This document shows, in pieces, positions 23,501 to 47,519 of a stretch of 64,000 bases of DNA; the first letter of the stretch is position 1; every line of letters begins with the position of its first letter. A model generated the notes under the pieces. The model ran no database searches and was not told where the DNA came from. It was given only the letters and a program-made list of their open reading frames with translations. A program made the translations under genes and the position numbers. Source of the DNA: Microbotryum violaceum (Eukaryota); assembly GCA_001244265.2 (NCBI GenBank), contig CDLV01000009.1, forward strand, positions 1,736,001-1,800,000, given 5' to 3'.

Positions 23501-26214
23501 CTTCCCCTGTGCCCGCACTTTCGGGTGCTTGTTACCTCTGCGGCATCACGGACGAGTTTTCGCGCTTCCGCTGGGCTCGCAGCATCCGGCTCAAGAGTGA
23601 CTTGGCAGCCATCCTTCAGGATTTTGTTGCAATGTCAAAGACCCAGTACGCGGGCCAGGGCATCACGACGCTGCGCACGGACAGAGGGGGCAAGTTTGTG
23701 AACCACAGGCTCCGGGATTGGCTCGCTGCGCGGGGAATTTTCCACGAGCTCTCCACAGCGTACGAGCACAGCCAGATGGGTGTTCAGGAACGCAGCTGGC
23801 GAACGATCTTCAACTCCGTTTGCGCCTGGCTCCATCGCTCGGGACTGCCTCCCGCACTTTGGGATGAAGCGACGCACGCCGCGATCTACGCCATAAATCT
23901 GCTCCCCTCGTCGCCGCTCCAGCAGCGCACCCCAGACTCTGTGCTGCACGAACCCTCGGACCCGGTCACGGACACCCGCCGCCCCCGCCTCGACCGTGTC
24001 AAGACCTGGGGCTGTGCCGCTCATGTGCCGCTCGCCCCCGAGCAACGTCCCAACAAGCTGGCCCCGTGATCCCGCCTCTGCTACTTTGTTGGCTACTCCT
24101 CGCGATCCAAGGCCTGGCGCTTCTTCAATCCGGTTCGCAACAAGGTCTTTGAGTCGTCTCAGGCCAGGTTCTTTGAGGACCGTTTCTTTCCCGCTGCAGT
24201 GAGCCCTGCCATGCCTGCCATCCCTGTTGCGGTCGGTTTGTCTTACCCGCCCGTGCCGCTCGGCATCGGTTCCGCCGCTGCGCCCCCTGTCGCCAAAGCG
24301 CCGGCCATGGCTCCCGCTGCCGCCGCTCCGCCACCCGTTCCGCCCGCCCTCGCATTTTCGGACCCTGGCCCGGCAAACGCACCGCCCGATGGTGATCACT
24401 CCACTCGGACCCGCCGTCCGCCTGACTACCTCGGATTTGCTCACGCAGCACAGCATTGGGAGTTTGCTGACCACGCAGCCATCCAGTTCGATGACTTTGA
24501 CAAAGGTGACCCTGACACGCAGATGTACTCGTTTGAGGAAGTCTCTGCGCTCCTCGCCAAGATCGACAGCGATGACACTCCTTCGGTCTAGGCCACCCTT
24601 GCTGGCCCCTTTCGTGATTACTGGCTGGCCGCCATGTTGGTGGAGGAGGGAGCTCTCGCCGCTAAGAATGCGTTCTCCAAGCCGGTTCGACCCCCGCCCG
24701 GGGCCATTGTCATCGGGAGCATGTGGGTGCTCCTCGTCAAGCGCAATGCGGAGGGTCAAATTGTCAAGTACAAAGCTCGACTTGTTGCGCGCGGGGACAT
24801 GCAAAGACGTCCGGGGGTGCATATCAATTGGTTCTTGCCCACAGGTCGAGCCGCCTCTCATTGACTGTTACTTGCCCTCGCCGTCAAGAACGAGTGGGAG
24901 ACCCGCCAGTTCGACGTCTCGTCTGCATAGCTCAACGGCAACCTCGGCGGGACCGAGATCTACATGCGACTACCCGGAGGTGATATTGTGCGCTTGCAGC
25001 GCGCTCTCTACGGCCTCGTTCAGGCGGGCCGCAAGTGGTACAAGGTCTTCACTGAATGGATCCTGTCCATTGGCTTCACCCGCACCAACAGTGACCATGC
25101 CGTTTTCGTTCGCAAAGAGGGGGATCGACGGTCTTTCCTCTCCATTCATGTCGACGACGGTCTGCTCACCGGTGACGGGGATCTCGACGGCGTGCTCTGT
25201 CAGCTCAAGGCTCGGTTCGAAGCTCGCAGCACCGACGAGGCTTCCTTCTTCCTCGGCCAGAGCATCCGTCGTGAGGGCAAGACGGGTGCTGCGATTGTCA
25301 ACCAGGGACATTTCGTCGATGCCATCCTCGAGGAACACCACATGGCCAATGCCTCCCCCCGCCCCACGCCTCTAGCGGCTCCGTCGACTCTGAGGAATCG
25401 CGCTGACTCCGGTTTTGATCCTGCCTCGATCCCCTATCGCGCCATTGTAGGCAAGCTCTTATACCTCTCTGGCACCACCCGACCCGACATCGCGTTCGCC
25501 GTTTCAAAGGCTGCTTATTTCTGCAATGACTTCACGGCGGAGCATTGGGAGGTGCTCAAACACATCCTGCGCTACCTTGTCGGTACCCGCAATTTTGGCA
25601 TCCGCTATCAGAAGTCCTTCCAGCCTATGTCGGCAATCTTGGAGGGATTTGTCGATGCTGATCATGGCGCCGACCCGGTCACTCGCCGGAGTGTCTCGGG
25701 CTACGTGTTCATGTGCGCTGGTGGGGCTATCTCTTGGATCGCCAAGCGACAGACTCTCGTCACCCTCTCCAGTACCGAGGCCGAGTATGTGGCCATGTCA
25801 TACGCCGCTCGCGAGGGGATTTGGTTACGTCGTTTGCTTGCGGATCTTGGCTTCGAGCAGACCGCTCCGACTCGTTTGCAGGGTGACAACCAGTCCGCCA
25901 TCACTCTGGCCAAGCACCCGGCTTTCCATGCTCGTACCAAACATATTGGCATCCACTTTCACTTCATCCGGGACCACATTGTGGAAGGCACGATCAAGAG
26001 GTCTGGGCGCCCACGGGCACCATGGCTGCGGATGTCCTCATCAAGGGGCTCGGGACACAGAAGCACTATCAGTTTGTACACACAATGGGGCTTATAGATT
26101 CATCGCGTGAAGGGGCGAGTTGGCGTGTTGTGAATGAGGATTAGCAGGAAGGCGGCTATCGGTTATTTGATTAACAGCGCGCGTTTGTCCTCGCGACTTC
26201 TCCACCTGGGAGTC
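20527..26214 (+). mobile_element. Ty1/copia family D, near full length with nonsense mutations; 5' LTR carries extra sequence, 3' LTR truncated
   Basis: AGTTGGCGTGTTGTGAATGAGG at 20527 and 26118 (the latter after PPT GAAGGGG); PBS TGGTAGCG 21579-21586; [54 protein letters not shown]. Confidence 0.92.
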
Positions 26215-26600
26215 TGTTAAATTCCATACACTCTTGCTTAGATCGATCTCCAATCCGCGCCGGGCCTAGCCGGCCGCGCCGCTTGGACCTCTCCTTGGAC
26301 TTAGAGATATTTCGCACACTCACGCCTCTTTAGTCTTCCCCCTAACGCTCCAAACTACTCCCTTACAACCGTACTCTGTCTCGTGTACTTACTGGTTGCC
26401 GATCCAGTCTCCCTCGAGGAGTACGAGTCTACAGGTTATGAGCCCGAGCTCACGCTGCTACAACGATACAACGATGCCAACACCATCACCGTCACTTGCG
26501 ACCATCATGTTTGTCCCCGTCACCATCATCGTTCTGTACCACACCTTTGCCACCGCCCTCGCCCACGCGACCGGACGTTACCGCACCGAGACCTTTGCTG
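26215..26600 (+). mobile_element. Copia family E 5' LTR (26215-26433) + PBS + start of internal region, truncated
   Basis: TGTTAA...CTACA immediately followed by GGTTATGAGCCC (26434-26445). Confidence 0.7.
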
Positions 26601-26615
26601 GAGACTGACAAGGAG

Positions 26616-28356
26616 ATGAAGTCCGACTTGTTGTCGGACGCGATGGACACCGACTCCGACGCGTCGTTGCCTCCAGCCTCTTTCTCACCGTCGGAAAACC
26701 TGCGATCCGCCAATGTTACCAACTGCACAGCTAATCGCTCTTCCATTCTGGAAACTCCACTCGTTGATACTTGGGTTTCCCAATTCTGGCCCGAATCGCC
26801 CGAAGTGTCCGACGACCGGTCTGACCTTCTTGACAGGCTGAGGGTGTTTTGCACCCATCACTTTCGCATGAACTACCGCTTAATACAGGCTCTTCAGGAC
26901 CACCTAGAGATGTTGGTTTAGAACTTGCGGGACAACGCTACGCGAATCGGGCAAAGAAATACGCCGGCAGACGACCCGGCCACGGGCTGATGAGGTGTTT
27001 GGATGTGGATCGCAATCGCGACCACGACCTTTTCTTGACGGATATTCGCATGAGCAAGAAGGCATTTGACGAGTTACACAAAGCTGTGAGTTCCTTATGA
27101 CCGTGTGATATCACAGGTGTTTTAGTCTGTGGCCTGAACATCTTGCCCATGTTTTGTCAGATAAAGGATCACGCCGTGTTCAAATCCCGAGGAAGAAAAC
27201 CTCAGACACCGACTAAAATCCAGCTCGCCGTCGCTTTGTGGCGCTTTGGTGGCTACGGCAACAGGGCATCGGCAAAGGCGGCCGCTGAATGGTCCGGTTG
27301 CAGCATGAGATCAGTGGTCAAATTTACCTACAGAGTTCTGCTAGCGCTGAACGAACCGAGTTTTAGTCGCCGAATCATACGTTGGCCCAATCAGGCGGAG
27401 CGCGAGCTGTTGAAAGCGTGGATGGAGAGCAAAACATACCCTGAATGGAGGAACGGATGGTGCATGGTTGACGGCTCTCTCATTGAGCTGTCGCGCACGC
27501 CACAGTGGTTTGGCGCAAGCTTCACCAGTCGAAAATGCCGGGCCGCTCTCAATATTCAAGTGAGTCCTGCTTCTCTACACGCTATCTAGGCACTCTGAAC
27601 CAACCGCGCGCAACCTTCTTGCTTCCAGATTGTCAATACACCAGATGGACGCATCATCGATTATACTACTGGTTCGCCCGGGTCGGCCACCGACGTCACC
27701 ATTTGGAGACAATCGAGGACTCACAATCTTCGAGAAACACTTTTGGATCCAGAAGACTTCGTTCTCGCGGACTCGGGCTATCCTTTGGAAAGCTGGGTGC
27801 TCAGTAAGCAGATGGTCTGTTTTTTTCCTGCAGGCGCCCAATATCTGACAAACTTGTTGTGCAATGCCTACACCAGCTCCTTATTCCCGCGGGGAGCGAG
27901 ACTCGACAAAACAAGCGTTTCAATTACTATGTCTCATGTGCACGCTGTGGATCCGAGCACACCATCGGCTATCTCAAGTCTCGGTTTCAGTCCTCGAAGC
28001 GGCTCGCGCTCCGCATCAACTCTAAAGACCAATTCGAAATTGCAAATCAGTGGGTTAGCGCATGCATCGTTGCACATCGATTCGCAACCGAGGTCGACTG
28101 GTTTGTGGGCAAGTTCGATTACCATCGGCCAGTCGAACCTGAGGAACCAACACGCGAGCAATACGAACGCGTTCAGCGCAATGAAGCGGGAGCCAGCACC
28201 CCGGCTGATAATGATGAAACACAGCAGTTGGACTTAGATCAGGCAGCGAATCAGTCCAAAGCGGTACAGCGTTGGGCTGAGCTCCGCATAGCCAAGTCGA
28301 TTCGAGATCGTAGACGCAGCGAAATACTGAGACATCATCCTTTGAGGAGACCATGA
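26616..28356 (+). pseudogene. PIF/Harbinger DDE transposase with three introns (27086-27160, 27560-27628, 27804-27876), frameshifted
   Basis: RMSKKAFDEL; QLAVALWRFG HTH; GWCMVDGS (D), PGSATD, LADSGY (D), EHTIGYLKSRF (E); GT-AG introns rejoin the motifs. Start approximate; TIRs not found. Confidence 0.88.
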
Positions 28357-29106
28357 GCTTGCCATGTTCTCTGATGTGATGTCATTGTGATTACAAATTG
28401 AGTCATATCTTGATAATCAACGAGTCTTGCCTGATGTGAAATGACAATTCCTACCTATATATACCATCTGCTCATCATCATGAGGCACTTCCAATGGCAT
28501 AGCTTTCCTCACCGCGCAGGAACCGGTCAACATCGGTGACTAAGCGGTACTGGGCCTGCACTTCAGCGGGCCATGACAAAACTTCCTTGAAATAAAACTT
28601 GCTTCGTTCCATCTGCAACTGGTCAAGCGCTCTTCGGTTGGCAAGATTGTCCTTCACTGCCTGGGTGCGAGCCCAAGTCGCGTCGCAAGCTTGCATGAGA
28701 TCGACCTGGCTGTTGGCGAGGAAGCGCGAGTGCGCATCCAAGACGTTCTCGACTCGGTTGTCACCATTGGGCTGGGATCGCGGTCGCGACGTAGGTGATT
28801 CTCCTGAGCGGCGAGGTCGCATGTCCGATTTGCCATCTCGAGCACGCTTTTTCCCGCGACTAAGGAGCACGGGTCTGCCAACCGGTCAGCCTGCTCGTCG
28901 GCTCGAACTGAGGGCTGCGGAACGATGGGCGGCGCACTGACCTAGGTTTGCTGGTAAGGGTCTGATCTGAAGGCACATCATTCTCTTCCTGATTGAAAGT
29001 TGTTTCCTCGGCTCCGCTTGCGACACTTGGCGGAGAAGTATGAAGTATAGGATCGGCCTCTCGACGACGCTGCCGGTTCCGAGCCGTACCTGTCGGCGGT
29101 CGTCAA

Positions 29107-39159
<10,053 letters not shown>

Positions 39160-39779
39160 GTCAAGGGGTCATTGGCAGCCTGCAAAATGACCCAGATGCC
39201 CGTATCCGCCATTAAGTGGCACATCTATCGCGGTCTTAGAGCGTGGATACTAACGATGTGGTCTTCTTCTTCTTCTTCTTCCGTGTCCTCCGGTATGTCC
39301 TCCCCCTCAGAGCTCCTGGCCTCATCAGTTACGAGATCTCCGGTCTCAGAGACTGGCCAGTCCGAGGTCGGGAAAGTGGTTGAGTCGTTGTCCGAGAGCT
39401 CCATATTGTGATCACCAGTCGCCCTTTCGAGATGGCTTGTAATCTCGTGGAGCCTAGCCGCCTGCCTTTTCGAAACTCCGAGCATTTGCGCGAGCAACGC
39501 GGAGGATGACCCATTGGAATCCGAGTTCGACATCTTAGTTTCACCCAAGTGGGGGTTGCCTTGTCCACAGAGTTGTAACATGTCCCAATAGGAAGCGTAG
39601 GAAGCGATGGTGGTAGCTGTAAAACTGTTGATAAGGCCAGCTTGTCCAACTAGCCATCTAATTGCAAAACGTACTGTACCTCTCTCGGACAGCGGGGTCA
39701 TTGATTGTCTCGAGGTCGGCGGGAGACGTGAGACCTTGACCGGTTTCACCCAGCTGTTCACGAGCCTTCATGTATATTG

Positions 39780-40251
39780 CTTTCTCTCTGCAGCGGGTGT
39801 TCAACTCTATCAGCTCTTGCCGGATCGGAAGTCTGATTCAAGCTGGAGAACTACCATTTCCACCATCCTATTGCGCGTTCGATAATAATTTTCTTCACAG
39901 GCCGGCCCGAGCTGTGGGCCTTCGCGTCGGGGCTAAAGAAATGCGCCATGCAGGGCGGTTGTTCTCATATCGGGCGCGCGAGGAGGTCATCAACAACTGA
40001 CCTCCTCGGCGTTCTTGCAACAAATCAAACACATTCTCGAGGCGAGCGGGAGGGCGGTCTTGAACAACCACTCCTTTAGGTCCGGTGGGGCCATGTTTTA
40101 CCTTCGAGAAGGTGTACACACGGATCACGTCCGAAACCTTGGCCGTTGGTCATCGAATGCCCTCGACAGGTATTGGCGGCAGCACAAGGAGATTGCGATC
40201 CAAGTGCTGAGCAAGGCTGGCAAGCTTGCACTCGATTCAGGTAGAGTCTGA
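39780..40251 (+). pseudogene. Tyrosine recombinase C-terminal fragment (DIRS/Ngaro- or Crypton-type element)
   Basis: NHSFRSGGA...LGRWSSNALDRY carries the H-x-x-R, W and catalytic Y; 5' boundary approximate. Confidence 0.82.
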
Positions 40252-41617
40252 ATGCGTTGTAACGTAGGCCTCTTTCGCTGCGTTTTGTTGGTTGTAAGTG
40301 TGGGGGGCGTGACCTATGGTACGCGTCCAGCGCCAGGCGGGGGGCGTGGTACGTATCCGGCGCCAGGGCGCCTGTCCGAACCGGGGGTTCGGGGATTGGG
40401 GTGTACGCATCATCCCAGGGTCTCGTCCAGGAAGGTTAATCATCTTCCTCATCCCAACACAACCAAACACACCGAAAGATACACAAGGAAGGTCGCAATT
40501 CCCTTCCCGCGCTCGAGAACCCCATTGGCATCCGATCGAGACATCGGAGGGGAAAAGCGCGTACGGCGCGAGTACCCTCGCGCCAAAGACTCGGCGCGGT
40601 TGTCACGCAAACTCGATGAGAGTGGGAGGGAAAAGGCGAAAATTGGAGCGAGTAGCGCTTCTGGAACCTCATGTTGTTGTTGAGCCCCTAAAACCGGTAT
40701 CGGGATGCCAGAAATACGTCACGTGATCGACGGGGCATCGCGCAGCTTATTAGTGGCGCCCGCGTCCGCGCGTCAACGACAGCGAGACCAGGCCTGAGCT
40801 CTGTAGAAGAAGTGTCATGCAAACCCACGCGCTTGCTATACATTAAATCCCACACAAACTGCTCAATAGTTGGGCACCCCGCCAAAAATCAACAAAAATT
40901 TTCCTCGGGCTGTAGCTCGACTTTTATGGTGCAGAAAATGCGAAAAGGGTCGTACATGACTTCTGGTCGGGACGCCAATATCACAGGCAGGTGCGGCAGA
41001 CGCAATACTGTACTGGAACATTCACTATAGGCGGCCCAGAGGGCCGCAACACAGTCAAAAACAGCGATTCTAGGTACATGGTCGCGGATCGACACTTTTT
41101 TTTTACTAGTTAGGGTAAAGAATAACTCTAACCATGATTAGCTAATAAGCTTCGCTTCACGGCTCGTGGGACGCCCAGAGAGGTGCACCGTGCCAGAGTG
41201 TGCGAGGAGGGGGAGCAATGGTACACCATCCCTCTACCAAGCTCCCCCGGGCCAAAAAAAAGAAAAGCTGCCTTATCGCGCGTGCGCGCACGAGTTTTTT
41301 TGGCTGGCTTAATGGACCTGCCGATCTGTCGGGTCAATGCTTTGTGATCGAGCGTGCTCTCGAGCGAGCTGCTGCGAAGCTGGATCCGCGCTCCCCCGCT
41401 CACCCGCGTTGAGGCGTTTCCCAAGTCGCCATCATCGTCGATCGTACCAGAACGTCAGTCTCATTACAGGACTCGCACTGTAGTTGTTCCAAAGACCTTA
41501 CGGCAATACAACGTGCGTGTTTCCTCGGACAAAGTGGCAGCTGACTGACGATCGGATCCCTCCGTCGCAATCTCGCTGGACTCCCACGCGCTCGCACAGG
41601 CTCGACGACGCACCAAT

Positions 41618-44373
41618 ATGACGACCATCAACAAGGCGATCGCGCCCGTGCCGACGGCACAAGAGTTCCTCGATGTCATCCTTTCCAAGGTACGTCATTT
41701 CCCAAGGCCTGGTGGCCACCGGCGAGCCTGGGACGCGCGAACCTCTTTGGCCCACTCGGCTGCGAAGGACGGGGGAATAGGGCCCCGCGCGGCCGTCACC
41801 GATCGCCGAGCCCAGTCTCGTTTCGAGGGACAATAGCAACTTACGATTGTGTTCCTCTCCCCGAAAAATGCTTGATTCTATTAGACGCAACGCAAGACGC
41901 CCACCGTCATCCGTAGTGGTTTCAAGATCACGCGTATTCGCTCCTTCTACATGCGCAAGGTGAGCGGCCTCCCCACTTTCGACGGACGGACTGGCGCCGA
42001 GGGTGGCTAACGGTGGACTATATCTTATCAACTCTCTCGCACAGGTCAAGTTCACGCAGCAGTCGTTTGAAGAGCGCTTGGACCAGATTTTGAGCGAGTT
42101 CCCGATCATGGAGGTGAATAATTGGACTGATTGCGAGTGGGCGTTCGTGAGCCATCCTGACCAATTCGGTTTGGCGCCGCATCATCTTTAGAACCTCCAC
42201 CCCTTCTTGTCCTCGCTCCTCAATGTTCTCTACGACAAAAATCATTACAAACTCGCGCTCGGTCAGCTCAATACCGCGCGCCACCTCATCGTTTCGGTCG
42301 GCAAGGACTACTGCCGCCTCCTCAAGTTCGGTGACAGTTTGTTCCGATGCAAGCAGCTCAAAAAGGCCGCCTTGGGTCGGTAAGTACACAACTTTAGTCG
42401 CAGTTCCACCCGGGAAGCCGAAGTTGACCCGTCTGCTTGCACTGTGCAGAATGGCCACCATCATGCGAAGACAAAAGGACCCTCTCGCCTATCTCGAGCA
42501 AGTTCGCCAGCACATGTCTCGTCTACCGAGCATCGATCCGACAACCCGCACGTTGCTGGTGTGCGGGTACCCCAACGTCGGAAAGTCGTCTTTCGTCAAC
42601 AAAATCACGCGGGCCGACGTCGATGTGCAGCCTTACGCCTTCACCACCAAGAGCTTGTTTGTCGGCCATATGGACTACAAGTACCTGCGCTGGCAGGTGA
42701 TTGACACCCCCGGGGTGCTGGACCATCCGCTGGAAGAGATGAACACGATTGAAATGCAGAGCATCACCGCGCTCGCGCATCTACGCAGCTGTGTCATGTA
42801 CTTTATGGATCTCAGTGAACAGTGTGGCTACACCGTCGAAGCCCAAGTAGGTCGTCGCGCCCTTCCGGCCTGAAGCTCTCGCCGCAGATTACAGTTTTTG
42901 TACTGATATTCCACTTTTTGGGGTCTCCTCCAGTGTCAACTATATCAATCGATCAAGCCCTTGTTCACCAACAAGCCCACTTTCATCGTCGTCAACAAGA
43001 TTGACGTCACTCGCCCCTCGGACCTGGACCCGACCCGACGAGCAATGCTGGACGCCATCCTCGCGGAAGGCAACGTCCAGTTGCTCGAGCTCTCCTGCGT
43101 CTCCGAAGAGGGTGTGATGGGCGTGAGGAATGCTGCGTGTGATGCGCTTCTCCAACACCGAGTGGAAAGCAAGGAAAAGACGAAGCGAGTCGACAACGTG
43201 GCGAACCGTGTTCGCGTCGCTGTTCCGGTTAAGCGCGACACTGTGGACCGAACGCCCTTCATTCCGGATGCCGTTAAGACGCGCAAGACTTACGACAAGA
43301 ACGACCCGGAGCGTCGACGACTTGAGCGTGACGAGGAGGCGGAGAACGGAGGCGCTGGCGCATACATGATGGACTTGAAGAGTCAGTCATCACGCGCGTC
43401 CCCAGCCGCCGATTTAAATTGACGTGCGCAACCATGCCCCCTTTTATACAGAGCACTACCTTTTGGCCAACGACGATTGGAAATACGATGTCATGCCCGA
43501 ATTGCAAGACGGCAAGAACGTCGCAGACTTTATCGATGCTGATATCGTGGCTCGACTGGAGGAGCTTGAAGCCGAGGAGGAGCGCTTGGAAGCTGCTGGA
43601 TTTTACGACGAGGATACGGACGAGGTGGGTGGGTTGGTGCAACGAAGGGCAAGAATTGGCCATGGAACTGACCCCTGGACTGATCTTCTTCATTCGCAGG
43701 ATTCGGACGAAGAGGCTATCCGCACCGCGGCGTCGACAATTCGCGATAAGAAAGCGAATATCCGTCTCCTCAACCAGCAAAAAGACAAGCTCCAAAACCG
43801 GCCCATCATCCCTCGAACCGTACAACGACGAACGCTTTCCGAGATGACGTCCAAGCTATCCGAAGCGGGTTACGATGCGACCAACTTGGAAGAACGTGCC
43901 AAGATGTTGGCCAAGGCCCGCGGCCTCATCGGTCGCAAGCGAGAGGCCGGTGAGATGGACATTGACGAGTTCAACGGGGGGGCAGATGATGGCGAGGGGG
44001 ACTGGGTCGAAGCGGACGAGAGTATGGACCATGACGGCCCGCGGAAACGATCCAAGACGGGCACCAAGTCCATCGTCCCCAGTGGCAAGAGGCTGCCCAC
44101 CAAAGATCGACAAGTGGCAGGTCTGCGCGATGCGGAACAGGCGGCCAAGGCCGTGCGCCTGCGCCAGCTGTACCAGCGCGAACCGAATCGTTTAGCCAAA
44201 GCCTCCGAATCAGATCGTCACATTCGTACAAAGATGCCCAAAGTCAGGCAAACCACCCCTTCCTGTCGCATTGGCTGCCGTAGTCACAGAACTGACCGAA
44301 CCCCCTTTATCCTTGGCACTCACAGCATTTGTTCTCGGGCAAGAGAAAGGCAGGCAAGACGAACCACAGGTGA
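41618..44373 (+). CDS. NOG1: Nucleolar GTP-binding protein 1 (multi-exon)
   Basis: [49 protein letters not shown] motif [14 protein letters not shown]; ends [13 protein letters not shown]. Confidence 0.97.
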
Positions 44374-45105
44374 TCCGCGAATCGGGATGCTTGGCAGATT
44401 TTGTCTTGTTATTTTCGCACATCATGGCCTTTCATGTCTTTACTTAGGTTCGAGTTCGTATCCGCACATCGACATATATTTCCAGCCACGTAATTCTAGC
44501 AGCCCAGAGCTTCACTACTCTTTGACTTTTGTAATGCAATATCGAGCTTGTCTTCGGTGTCGGGAGCACGTGGTGATGGATTATCCGGGCGGGCCCACAT
44601 CCGCGCCTGGGTGAGTGTAAGGTATGCGCCTCTGATGTGCATAAAATACAATCTGTCGTTCTTGACCACTAGACTAAAAGCAAGTCGTAACTAGAACTCG
44701 GCAGTTCTAGCTACTCAGAGGCTACTTATAGGGCTGTTCTGTAAGGCATCCCCTCTACCTACAAATAAAAAATAAAAAATAAAAAATTACAGTGAGCTCG
44801 TCGAATTGCGAAAAACGTGGCAGTCGGCAAGAAAATGTTCTCAAAGAAAACATTGCACATTGAAAAGATCTTGCTATTCTGTATACACTCATCCTCGAAC
44901 GCTCTCAAATCTTTCCGCCCCTCTCCGCCCCGGCGTTGTGTGCGCACCTAATAATGATCCGGACCAAATCGAAAGCTCTCTCGAAAGGCGGAGGGGGTCT
45001 TCGACCCCACGCTGCCGACCTCCCCGCCTTTCGCCGCTTCACCCATAACCCTTCTTCGGCCCGTGTTCCCGCCAGCCCCCACGAAGTGCGCTGAGCGATG
45101 CAGTG

Positions 45106-46341
45106 ATGCCACCGCTTGCTGCTGCTCTACCACGCGGCAATCCAGCCGGGGCGCCACACTCCGCAAACGAACCTGTTCCTCTCCACACATCTACGCCGAC
45201 GTCCGCTGCACCGACGACGACCGAAGACGCCACGAGCCGATGGGAAGCACATATACGGTCTGAATGGCTTGCGCCGCCCGCTCCATTCCCGTCTTCTTCC
45301 TCGTCCTGTTCATCAGTAGTATCGATTAGAGGCAGCAGCGACAGCTCGGCCCGAACCGGCGGCCGCAAAGGACGTCCGCTTGACCCTGTGTTTCGGGAAA
45401 GACTGCGCCAACTGGAACAAATGCTACGATTGGACGGAATGGGGACGGAAGAGGGCGGTTCAGATGGTGCGAACGTACCGACGGGATCCAGGTCTCACGC
45501 GCCCGCTGCTACAGCTGCCGTCGTCGAGGATGCTGAAAGTCCGAATCGTTCGGTCGAGGTCGGGGAGACCCCTGACGGAGGAGATGTGATCGGAGTGGTC
45601 ACAGGACGACGCAACGAGCTCAAGAAGGCGAATGAGGTAGGTCTCCTATCATGATGGGGCCTGTGCGGGTCCGGTGCGGTGTCGATATTGCAGATGTTGA
45701 CGCTTCGCAAACGGTGGTGTCATCATGATCCCATTTCTGCCAGGGCATTCTGCTGGCGTTCAAGCAGGGTAGAGTTCTGAGAGAACCGCTTCCTCTGTCT
45801 TTGGTTGTAAGTTGTCTTGCATCTTATTCCGTCGGCGTCGAATGATTCCCGAGTTTGAACGCTGGCCGTTTCTGTTCATTCTCTCTCTCGCGCTCGCGTT
45901 GTACGAGCAGACGGCATTATTGTATCGGTCTTGGTAGGTGTAACCCGTCAGAATCAAAGTTCGAATTATTCCATAGCTTTGCTCACCTTTAGTCTTATGC
46001 CATATCTTCTCTCACTTCTCAGGGAAATGGACGGGACCATCCCCGTCGACTACGTGGCCCCCATATCGGGGAATCCGCTACCGAATGGATCGTCCCAAGT
46101 TAGAGCAGGTCAGGATCACATCAAGCACACAGACACAGACACGGGAAAAAGGGGGGAGACCCCGTTACCCAAAGTTTGCAGTGGAGCGGGAGGCCGGTCA
46201 GAATGGCCAGGCGTACCCGGGGATGCAGGACAGGACGGAGCACAATTGGGAGACTTGAGGCCAAAGATGAAAATGGATCGGTTGAAAGGTGCCAGATGGC
46301 GCACCGAAAAGGAGGTAGCGAGCGGTAGCGATGTGATATGA
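45106..46341 (+). CDS. DUF4050 (Gag1-like clamp)-type protein, 4 exons inferred
   Basis: Spliced read ELKKANE|GILLAFKQGRVLREPLPLSLV|TALLYRSW|EMDGTIP resembles the PL.L..V...L...W..DG motif; family assignment from memory. Confidence 0.6.
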
Positions 46342-46491
46342 AAGCAATATCTCTTTGCCCGAGCCACTGGCACCGGCCGAGAGACTGGTATGGCAAGAGC
46401 CAACGTATTCTCTCCTGAGTGCCTCGTTCGTACATGCTTTTACAGCGGCCCATTTCAATCTCCCCCGAAACGACATGTATCCTACCTTATC

Positions 46492-47064
46492 CTACCGTGC
46501 AGGTGGTGCGACCTGTTGTGGGCAAGAGCATCGGAACGCGGTCAGTCCAAATCACGCCCAGCCCGAAGAAAGACAAAAGAGGGAGCGCACCAAGACGACG
46601 CCATCCCCTCGCACGAACAACATGTCACAATTGCGTTTGACGGTCTGCAGTACAACCGCGACAGAGTTTTGAGGTCAGAGCCGAGGGTGTGTGTAAATCG
46701 AATGTGGTGTTGAAGGAGAGAGTGACTCACTCTTACGAGACTTTGATCCGACTGTGCGTCGTGGTCAACGACGTAGATGGTTTCCTCGACATCCGAAAGG
46801 ACCATATTCATATGACCGTCGTAAGCCTGTAAAAAAAGGCGAGCCAAGGCCGTCAACGCCATTAGTGATATTGATATGGATAAGCTAAGGGATGCTCGTT
46901 TCCAGCTGCTCGTTGACGAAGCTGATTGATGCCGCTGGCTCGAACTCGACGTGACTGACATGCAAGACCCCCCTCAGCTCGCGATCGCCCCTCAGCTTGA
47001 CAAAGACTCGCTCAGACAATGAGACGCGGATCAGGTCGAACGGTTCGACGATTGTGTCGGCCAT
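46492..47064 (-). CDS. LSM3: U6 snRNA-associated Sm-like protein LSm3 (4 exons)
   Basis: [45 protein letters not shown]...|[17 protein letters not shown]. Confidence 0.96.
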
Positions 47065-47519
47065 CGTGTTCACAGGTTGGGACGTCAGAACGAACAGGGG
47101 GAGCTGCTCGCCTTCTCCAAGCGGATTGAAAAGAGCGCGAAGGAAGGGCTTCACTGTGTAAACAGACGGGAAGGCGAAGAAAGCGTGTTTCGTCAGGTCA
47201 AGTCACTGGCCGGCCACACGGGTGGGAGCCTGCGTATTGGAGCGTACGAGGTTGGCAGAGGTTGGCAGAGGTTGGCTGGACTTGGGGGTTGATGCTGAGC
47301 GCTGAGCCAAGCCGTCCCCGCGCCGCCGCTCCAGCCCAGCTCCAAGCCGGGACTACAACTCTAGTCCTATTTGGAATTGGGTGCGCTAATGACTTAATAG
47401 CATCTCAAACCATGCTTGGTCTCTCCCGCGCTCGACCGAAACGCCCTTTCGTTGTCTGGCACTCCTCTGTGTTTGCATTGTTGTACCGAGCCCATTCGCA
47501 GCCGTCCGGGACTAACAAC

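Noticed and set aside
23635-24861. 408-aa antisense ORF in copia D
   Set aside because: No recognisable motif; expected shadow ORF.
24067-24930. In-frame stops in copia D pol as programmed readthrough
   Set aside because: Several stops scattered through integrase and RT; decay is the simpler explanation.
26215-26433. LTR intron in family E
   Set aside because: TACTTAC...CCAG is present but no direct repeat or matching donor; not counted as support.
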